Shown here: positions 5,349-10,763 of the stretch, one piece after another
Position numbering within the stretch: the first letter of the stretch is position 1
Layout: every line of letters starts with the position of its first letter
Source: a virus
Taxonomy: Duplodnaviria > Heunggongvirae > Uroviricota > Caudoviricetes
DNA: 10,763 nt
Virus record (IMG/VR): IMGVR_UViG_2526164690_000049
Direction: 5' to 3' (one strand)
The notes under the pieces: model-generated
Databases searched by the model: none
Told to the model about the DNA's origin: nothing
The model's input: the letters and a program-made list of their open reading frames with translations, nothing else
Made by a program: the position numbers and the translations under genes

Positions 5349-7166
5349 TTAATTTTTGCTATCGTCATTAGTGACCGATACACATGATGGCATCCAGTCT
5401 TCTGATTCCTCCGTCAGTGTCACGTTTGAACGCAAACCGTGCTTCGTTTTCCGTTTCATATACTCCCTGCCATATTCCGCCATTGCCCCCGGCATATCTT
5501 TACCGAAGCGCGTCAGTGTTACAGGTTTACCGAATCCGTGTGCCCTCATATATGCCAGATAGGCGTGATAAAGATACCTGCGCGGACTGAACGGAATAAT
5601 TTCGGCATTACCCACTAACAGACCATCACACATTACCGACGACATGAGATAGCCGCAGAAGTCCACCAGCGAATCGCCCTCGCGTTTTATCACCAGAGCT
5701 TCTTCTGATTTCTGCTGCTCATACAGCAGGCGTTTAGCTGCGTCCTGGTCAGAAAAACGAGTAAGCAGGTGGCGAATCACAACCGCCAGCTCTCCTTCTA
5801 TTTTTTCTGCCAGCATGGGGTCGCGTTCGTTTTCCGGTACAACCTCCGAAAAATTGAATATCACCCGACGACGTGAAATCCCCCCGCTGCGGTCACTGAA
5901 TGACATGGCGTTATTGTTCACCGCCAACACTACCGCCTGAATGCGTGTTGAGTAGGGGGCTTTATGCTTCGGGTCGATTGCCACCTTGTCACCGCCTGTA
6001 ATGGCCTTAATTCCTGCGCCATCACCAGCGTAACGGGTCATATCCGGCATGATAATCAGCGAAAAGCCAACCACTAACGCGCGTTCCCTGGCATCTTCCA
6101 GCGCCTTCATGCTTGCCGATACCGTGTTGGCCTTACCCGCCAGCATGGTGCAAATCTCCGCCATCACGCTTTTACCACTTCCCCCTGGACCTGTTACCTC
6201 AATGAATAACTGCCAGTCGTACCGGTTCGCCAGCACCATGAATAATGCAGCCAGTACGCGATCCGCCTTGCGGTCATTCTCAGCCACCGAACGGCGTAAC
6301 CACTTCCAGAAATTCGGCGCATGTGTTGCCAGCGTTTCCCCCTCTGCTGGTGGGCTGAAAGGTAATTCACTGGCAATTAACAACCAGTCGTTTTTGTTAT
6401 GCTCCCGAAAATCGCCTGTCCGGGTATCAAAAACACCGTTACTGAATCCAATCAGGTTACGGGCTGTATTCCCCATTACAGGCAAACTTAACTTCATGGT
6501 ATCGACCGCCGATTTAATGGCGTTCTGCGAATAGCTGATCTCCGCATCAATGAAAATCTGTGCCATAGCTCGCTGTAATTCTTTATCCTGTACTGGCTCC
6601 CATACAACGCCGTTGTAATAGTGAACAGTGTCAGAGTCAGCATGAATCGCCAGTTCACCGCCATAATGTGCCAGGAGAACTTCGCCGCGTTGACTTGCTC
6701 CCATCTGGTTAAGCGCCAGTGATGAAGCGTTATCGTCTTTTACCCGCTCTTTTTTCTTTACAGGCAGTTCAACTACATTTTTCTTTTCCGTCAGCTCTCC
6801 CCGCTCACGTTCCAGATATTCGCGCCAGTTCTCCCGTTTCTGGCTGTGCATTCCTTCAGGGTAATAATCAGCATCCCTGACACCTGCCGCTGCCAGTTTC
6901 TGCCCGATGGTATTAACAAGCCCCGAACGCAATAACCCCGCCTGATAGAGACGCACGCGATAGCGTCCGTCCGGTACGATTTGCAGGTTGTCCAGTTCGG
7001 CAAGTTGTTGCTCTCCAAGCCAGACAGGTGGCACGCTGTCGCCAGCCAGTCGCCCGTCCTGTTCCTGCCACTGCTTCGCATGTGCCCACGCATCACTACC
7101 CGCAAAAATGATGACTTCCGTCATTTTGTCACGTGGCTGGTGTTTTAAATTTGGCGCTTTTTTCAT
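5349..7166 (-). CDS. P4-family primase/helicase-like replication initiator (D5-N-like region plus SF3-type NTPase with Walker A)
   Basis: 605 aa from ATG 7166-7164, which overlaps the TGA (7165-7163) of the upstream ORF, with GGAGAGAG upstream; the ORF track starts it at GTG 7181. Walker A VTGPGGSGKS; later acidic IIMPD segment that may be Walker B. Overall architecture matches phage/plasmid primase P4-type C-terminal proteins. No canonical primase active-site motif recognised by eye. Confidence 0.85.
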   Translation of the reverse strand: MKKAPNLKHQPRDKMTEVIIFAGSDAWAHAKQWQEQDGRLAGDSVPPVWLGEQQLAELDNLQIVPDGRYRVRLYQAGLLRSGLVNTIGQKLAAAGVRDADYYPEGMHSQKRENWREYLERERGELTEKKNVVELPVKKKERVKDDNASSLALNQMGASQRGEVLLAHYGGELAIHADSDTVHYYNGVVWEPVQDKELQRAMAQIFIDAEISYSQNAIKSAVDTMKLSLPVMGNTARNLIGFSNGVFDTRTGDFREHNKNDWLLIASELPFSPPAEGETLATHAPNFWKWLRRSVAENDRKADRVLAALFMVLANRYDWQLFIEVTGPGGSGKSVMAEICTMLAGKANTVSASMKALEDARERALVVGFSLIIMPDMTRYAGDGAGIKAITGGDKVAIDPKHKAPYSTRIQAVVLAVNNNAMSFSDRSGGISRRRVIFNFSEVVPENERDPMLAEKIEGELAVVIRHLLTRFSDQDAAKRLLYEQQKSEEALVIKREGDSLVDFCGYLMSSVMCDGLLVGNAEIIPFSPRRYLYHAYLAYMRAHGFGKPVTLTRFGKDMPGAMAEYGREYMKRKTKHGLRSNVTLTEESEDWMPSCVSVTNDDSKN

Positions 7167-7462
7167 TTCTGCTCTCTCCACGCGGCAATCATGTTTTTCA
7201 GTTCCTGTAGTTTTTTATCAACATCCATACATGGCACATGGTTGTTTCTGGAAGGCGGGATTTCCCGCCTGAATCTGCTAATAAAGATCTCCACGTTCAG
7301 CGAACTATGAAATGAATAGCCATCACGAATAAAATACACACGGTCAAACATCAGTTCTTTTACCGTTACTCTGTTACCGTTCTTATCCAGATAAATAGCG
7401 CCGGGGATAATTTTTGGGTGTGCATAACCGCTGGCAGTCAAGCCAGATAAATATGTTCTCAT
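7163..7462 (-). CDS. Hypothetical protein, 99 aa, translationally coupled to the primase/helicase gene
   Basis: ATG 7462-7460 lies 6 nt after the stop of the upstream ORF; its stop overlaps the primase ATG. No family recognised. Confidence 0.55.
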   Translation of the reverse strand: MRTYLSGLTASGYAHPKIIPGAIYLDKNGNRVTVKELMFDRVYFIRDGYSFHSSLNVEIFISRFRREIPPSRNNHVPCMDVDKKLQELKNMIAAWREQK

Positions 7463-7468
7463 GATTAT

Positions 7469-7789
7469 TTATCCCCGATTTGAATCAGTATTCGCTTTCT
7501 TTATGGCATTTAATGCATCTGTGGCATTTTCAATGGTGCACCGTAACGAAATATCAAACTGCCCAAGCATTGCCAGTAACAAGCCAATATTACCCATGTC
7601 AATGCGCATAGCCTTTTCGTCATATTCCTCATTTTCTGACGCATGCCACATCAGGCTACCAATTGACGAAACAGCCATTGATATATTGTCAGTAGCCCCA
7701 TCCGCAGCGGAATAAACCTTTTTAGCAATATCATGCTCACAGTTAAAATGCGGATTAATCAGGTACTGGTAATTGGTCATGTCAGGCAT
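7469..7789 (-). CDS. Hypothetical protein, 106 aa
   Basis: ATG 7789-7787 preceded by AGGGGGTG (strong SD); overlaps the stop of the upstream ORF by 8 nt. No family recognised. Confidence 0.55.
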   Translation of the reverse strand: MPDMTNYQYLINPHFNCEHDIAKKVYSAADGATDNISMAVSSIGSLMWHASENEEYDEKAMRIDMGNIGLLLAMLGQFDISLRCTIENATDALNAIKKANTDSNRG

Positions 7790-7985
7790 GGAACACCCCC
7801 TGACGAATACGGGCGGCGAATACCATCACGCAGCCATCAGGAGATTGCTGACGCGCTTCCTGTTCGCTGGTGGCCTCGATGGTAATCACGCGCGGTTGTG
7901 CCGTGCTCAGGGCGATAAAACGCCAGATGTATTTATTCAGGTTGTGCGAGTCCCGCCCTTGCGGGTGTATGGTATGATTTCTCAT
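7782..7985 (-). CDS. Hypothetical protein, 67 aa (alternative TTG start at 8072 would give 96 aa)
   Basis: ATG 7985-7983 has GAGG 5 nt upstream. The track's longer form begins at a TTG with no SD. First gene of the operon downstream of the divergent control region. Confidence 0.45.
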   Translation of the reverse strand: MRNHTIHPQGRDSHNLNKYIWRFIALSTAQPRVITIEATSEQEARQQSPDGCVMVFAARIRQGVFHA

Positions 7986-8083
7986 AGCTGCCTCGATACT
8001 CTCGTTATCGTTGGTGGTTAGACGCCCCGTATGTGTTTCCGGCACTGCGGGGCGTTGCTCTTTGTATTTCAAAAATCATTTCG

Positions 8084-8161
8084 GTGTGTTTCATGTTATG
8101 AGCGCATGAAACACACGCCAAGGCTTTTTGTATTTCTTTTTTTGTGTATACTGAAACACAC
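8084..8161. promoter_or_regulatory. Divergent control region: perfect 12-bp inverted-repeat operator plus a third half-site overlapping a -10-like element
   Basis: GTGTGTTTCATG (8084-8095) and CATGAAACACAC (8105-8116) are exact reverse complements separated by 9 bp. TGAAACACAC recurs at 8152-8161, overlapping TATACT (8147-8152), 31 bp upstream of the ATG at 8183. A weaker copy GTGTTTCC lies at 8033-8040. Confidence 0.5.
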
Positions 8162-8182
8162 CGATGATTAGGAGTTTCAGAA

Positions 8183-8488
8183 ATGGCAACAGCTAACAAA
8201 AACGCAAAATCACAACTGACAACTGTCAGAGTCCCACTAGATGTTATGCAAGGGATGGAATCCGTTAAGCTGGACGGCGAAAGCAATGCCGGATTTATCG
8301 TAACCGCCATGCGCGGAGAAATAGCCCGCCGCCAAGCAGAAGGCAGCGGAGAAAATCCCCTTGTGTCGTCACTGGATGCCCTGGCTAAGGTCGAACAAAT
8401 CGGCATCAAAGCAGCGGAAGAAATCGGGCAGCTTGTCACCGTTGCACGCGAAGAACTCCAGCGTCGCAAGACCAAAGAACCAGAGTAA
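8183..8488 (+). CDS. Putative small DNA-binding regulator (possible ribbon-helix-helix type), 101 aa, divergent from the replication operon
   Basis: AGGAG 8 nt upstream of the ATG. The N-terminal segment TVRVPLDVMQGMESVKLDGESNAGFIVTAMRGEIARR has a strand / helix / Gly turn / helix layout compatible with an RHH fold; this is a visual guess only. The antisense 308-aa minus-strand ORF looks like a low-complexity artefact. Confidence 0.55.
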   Translation: MATANKNAKSQLTTVRVPLDVMQGMESVKLDGESNAGFIVTAMRGEIARRQAEGSGENPLVSSLDALAKVEQIGIKAAEEIGQLVTVAREELQRRKTKEPE

Positions 8489-8530
8489 TCACCATCAGCG
8501 CCGTGGTGTAAGGTATTACGGCGCATTGCT

Positions 8531-8719
8531 ATGCAGGACAACACAATGACCGATAAAGAATTGACCAAAACATTATCACCGGCACGGAAAAGACGGCGCA
8601 GAAAGATAGAGCATGAATCAGAAAGATTCGCGCCATGTGCTTTTGCCCTTGAGCAATTCCTTAAAGAGTACAGGGAAAAGCGCTCATTGCAGGTATGGCA
8701 ACGAACTGAACCAGACTGA
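8531..8719 (+). CDS. Hypothetical small basic protein, 62 aa (or 57 aa from ATG 8546)
   Basis: Follows the 101-aa gene on the same strand. Contains the basic run ARKRRRRK. SD is weak; CAGGAC precedes the second ATG. A plus-strand terminator lies downstream. Confidence 0.4.
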   Translation: MQDNTMTDKELTKTLSPARKRRRRKIEHESERFAPCAFALEQFLKEYREKRSLQVWQRTEPD

Positions 8720-8810
8720 TAGCATTGCCCACCAGCCTGATAGCGACTATCATTTCCGTTCTTATGTTTGGGATCACACACACAAACGGCGCAGCGGGTT
8801 ATCTGTTCAG

Positions 8811-8842
8811 AAAGGCGGCTCCATTTCGGGACCGCTTTTTTT
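8811..8842 (+). terminator. Rho-independent terminator of the plus-strand gene pair
   Basis: GGCGGCTCC (8814-8822) and GGGACCGC (8828-8835) form a stem with one mismatch around loop ATTTC, followed by TTTTTTT (8836-8842). Confidence 0.6.
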
Positions 8843-8983
8843 ATTCCTGAAAAACCCCAATTTTGTTGTTTTTCAGTTTCACCAGGGCGAACGAATCCCC
8901 GCCCACGTTCGGGCGCATATTCAATCTTCATGGTTATATCTCTGTATTAGTGGATGTGTGGCGGCTGCGTGCCGCCAGCGTGA

Positions 8984-9172
8984 TTAATGAACTGCCTTGC
9001 AGCTATCCTTCCAGGCCAGAACCTCGGATAAAGACCAGCCAACGGAACGACCGCCAAGTTTACGACGTGATGGGAATTGTCCGGCCTTTTCCAGGCGGTA
9101 GCGGCATGAGCGGCTAAGGCCTGTTAGCTTTTCGCATTCTTTTTCACGTATAAACCGATCAGTGCTTAACAC
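8984..9172 (-). CDS. alpA: AlpA-family transcriptional regulator (Xis-like small HTH protein)
   Basis: 62 aa. KLTGLSRSCRYRLEKAGQFPSRRKLGGRSVGWSLSEVLAWK matches the AlpA-family signature as I remember it (TGLSRST.YR...G.FP....LG.R.VGW...EV..W). Starts at GTG 9172-9170 with AAGGGGG 6 nt upstream. Sits downstream of int on the same strand. Confidence 0.85.
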   Translation of the reverse strand: MLSTDRFIREKECEKLTGLSRSCRYRLEKAGQFPSRRKLGGRSVGWSLSEVLAWKDSCKAVH

Positions 9173-9331
9173 TATTGCCCCCTTTCGTTTCTTAAAGAGT
9201 TATTTCGTGTTCTATTGCGTTGGGATGTGTCTGATTGTGTCAGGATGATTCAGAGTTGGCAAATGTTGAGGCTGTATGGTTTACAGAAAGAGGAATAATC
9301 AGGATAAAATCATTTAAATTCATGTTAATAC

Positions 9332-9363
9332 AAAGGCATAAAATATTGTTTAATGCCTTTTTT
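9332..9363. terminator. Terminator-like hairpin in the int-alpA intergenic region (candidate int terminator, possibly bidirectional)
   Basis: AAAGGCAT (9332-9339) and ATGCCTTT (9353-9360) are perfect complements around a 13-nt AT-rich loop. T-run through 9363 on the plus strand; UUUGUAUU follows on the minus strand. Confidence 0.4.
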
Positions 9364-9454
9364 CTCGCTATTTAAAGAGTGATTCGCTAGTGTATAAAAA
9401 ACCAGTAACACATTAAAAATCAGCTACTTATAAATCTGTACACTTTTTCGCCTC

Positions 9455-9489
9455 TTGTTCGTAGTTGTTCCGCATTGTTGCTCATTGTT
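9455..9489. repeat. Four 10-bp-phased TTGTT repeats just 3' of the integrase gene
   Basis: TTGTT at 9455-9459, 9465-9469, 9475-9479 and 9485-9489 with exact 10-bp spacing. Same core, opposite orientation, as the GAACAA repeats at 3699-3724. A perfect 16-bp palindrome CAGTATGCGCATACTG follows at 9515-9530. Confidence 0.45.
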
Positions 9490-9545
9490 GCACGCTGTAT
9501 CTGTTCGCATATCCAGTATGCGCATACTGAAAAAATACGAAAAAA

Positions 9546-10763
9546 TTATTTTCTTCTGGCTACTGGTAGCGTGGTTACGTTTTCATGTGTTCCCGCCAGT
9601 ATCCCTAACCGCTCCATCCACATATCCAGCGCATTGCGTTTAGCATCCAGATAACGGGAATGATTATAAACTCGCTGCATTCCTGGCATCTGGTGGCCTG
9701 TAAGCTGCTCCACGACATGCGGATCAACGCCTAAATCGTTCAGCATGGTTGTAAAGGTGCGCCGGATGTCATGCAGTGACCAGTGAGGGTGATTAAGCCT
9801 CCTGTGCGCTAATCTTCCATACTGCGATACGCTGGCCTCCTGTTTCACTGCCCCCAGCAATAAGCCCGTGTGCCTGTTCTGCTCCACCAGCTGCGTGACG
9901 AACGGCAGGATCGCTTCCGGTATGGGCCGGAATATTGCGACCTTCGTTTTGCTGTGCTCCTTCGGAACGGTCCATAGCATTTCCGTAAAATCCCACTCCC
10001 CGATCTCCGATAACCTCAGTTCTACCGTTCTGGCTCCGAAGACAATCAGGAGGCGGATTAACGCGACGTAGTAAGGGGAAAATATTTTTTTATCCAGCGC
10101 CTGCAATAACTCGCCCAGTTCTTTGGTGCTTAAGACACGTTCGCTTATATCCGGTTTTTTCCCAACGTCCGCCACGTTCAGATCGTCCAGAACGTTGCTG
10201 ATTGCATAGCGCCGCCTACGGCAGAACTTAAGCGCCTGTTTGCACGCCTGTAGCACGAATCCGGCAGTAACAGGCGTTCGCTTTGCCACCTGGTCAAAAC
10301 AGGCCAGCCAGTGCCGTAGCTCGCATTTATCCAGCGGCATAGCACCAATCTGCTGTATTACGTGATTATTAAGTCGCCTTTTCAGGGCGATATAATCCAC
10401 GCGGTTTTCCTTTACGTAATACTCAAGCCAGTAGGTGAGCGCATCGCCAACCGTTACGGGCTTTAACGCTTCCTGTACGGTGTAATTCATCTCATGACGT
10501 GGATTTTTCCCCTCAGCCAGCCATGTGCGACACTGTGCGGCTTTTTCCCTGGCTGCTTTCAGGCTCAGATCAGGATAACTTCCCAGCTTAATGCGTTCGG
10601 GTCGTGTCTCCCTTCCCGTTCCGGCCCTGTATGTGAAATACCAGGTCAATTTCCCTGATGTTAAATATTTCACGCTCAGGTTTCCGCCATCACTATAAAA
10701 CGTGTTTTTCTCCGCTGGCTTACCATGAAGTTTCCTTAGCAAGGTATCGCTCAGTTTGTTCAT
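9546..10763 (-). CDS. int: Tyrosine site-specific integrase, P4-type
   Basis: 405-aa complete ORF; the ATG is the final three bases of the window and the stop TAA is at 9548-9546. The N-terminal region has the look of a P4-type arm-binding domain. The C-terminus carries catalytic-type motifs HDIRRT and the probable tyrosine nucleophile in RVYNHSRY. Confidence 0.93.
   Translation of the reverse strand: MNKLSDTLLRKLHGKPAEKNTFYSDGGNLSVKYLTSGKLTWYFTYRAGTGRETRPERIKLGSYPDLSLKAAREKAAQCRTWLAEGKNPRHEMNYTVQEALKPVTVGDALTYWLEYYVKENRVDYIALKRRLNNHVIQQIGAMPLDKCELRHWLACFDQVAKRTPVTAGFVLQACKQALKFCRRRRYAISNVLDDLNVADVGKKPDISERVLSTKELGELLQALDKKIFSPYYVALIRLLIVFGARTVELRLSEIGEWDFTEMLWTVPKEHSKTKVAIFRPIPEAILPFVTQLVEQNRHTGLLLGAVKQEASVSQYGRLAHRRLNHPHWSLHDIRRTFTTMLNDLGVDPHVVEQLTGHQMPGMQRVYNHSRYLDAKRNALDMWMERLGILAGTHENVTTLPVARRK

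Larger units (their letters stand above)
1..10763 (-). mobile_element. Integrative phage-satellite / PICI-like island (partial; continues past position 1), encoding its own HK97-type head module
   Basis: Collinear minus-strand modules: P4-type integrase, AlpA-like regulator, primase/helicase with adjacent iteron origin, SSB, then capsid, protease, portal, head closure and connector genes. No tail genes in the window. Left boundary is not in the window and the att site is not visible. Confidence 0.7.

Noticed and set aside
6049-6534. 161-aa plus-strand ORF inside the primase/helicase gene
   Set aside because: Fully antisense to a well-supported 605-aa gene containing a Walker A motif; composition is typical of an antisense frame.
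7782-8072. 96-aa form of the first replication-operon gene starting at TTG 8072
   Set aside because: The TTG start has no Shine-Dalgarno and the extension runs into the operator region. The ATG at 7985 with GAGG upstream is preferred, though the longer form is not excluded.
8005-8931. 308-aa minus-strand ORF spanning the plus-strand gene pair and the control region
   Set aside because: Ser/Cys/Arg-rich low-complexity translation, antisense to two plus-strand ORFs with good ribosome-binding sites, and it would contain both the operator palindrome and a plus-strand terminator hairpin. Only its first ~60 codons (8931 to about 8750) look marginally protein-like, which is not enough to call a gene.
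9455-9643. 62-aa plus-strand ORF overlapping the 3' end of the integrase gene
   Set aside because: It starts inside the phased-repeat region, runs antisense into int, and has no ribosome-binding site or recognisable features.

Overview
The window reads as most of a phage-satellite / phage-inducible chromosomal island of an enterobacterial type, with nearly all genes on the minus strand. From the high-coordinate end: a complete P4-type tyrosine integrase (9546-10763, its start codon is the last three bases of the window), an AlpA-family regulator (8984-9172), a short divergently transcribed plus-strand pair (8183-8719) fronted by a perfect 12-bp inverted-repeat operator, then a translationally coupled operon of three small unknown ORFs ending in a P4-family primase/helicase-like replication protein (5349-7166). 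Immediately 3' of that gene is an iteron array (about ten copies of GGTGAACAG/CTGTTCACC plus an AT-rich stretch, 5105-5336), followed by a small operon containing a short SSB homologue with the acidic DDIPF tail, two small terminator-bounded ORFs, and a complete HK97-type head module (major capsid, prohead protease, portal, head closure protein, start of a gp6-like connector running off position 1). No tail, terminase, rRNA, tRNA or CRISPR features are visible. This matches what I recall of capsid-forming PICIs, satellites that build their own heads, so the class is probably not new; the points worth a second look are a -1 frame break in the portal gene at a homopolymer run, a terminator/antiterminator-like leader that buries the capsid gene's ribosome-binding site, 10-bp-phased TTGTTC/GAACAA repeat clusters at two sites, the unknown small genes, and the non-canonical head gene order. 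All calls rest on reading the sequence and on remembered family signatures; no database search was run.
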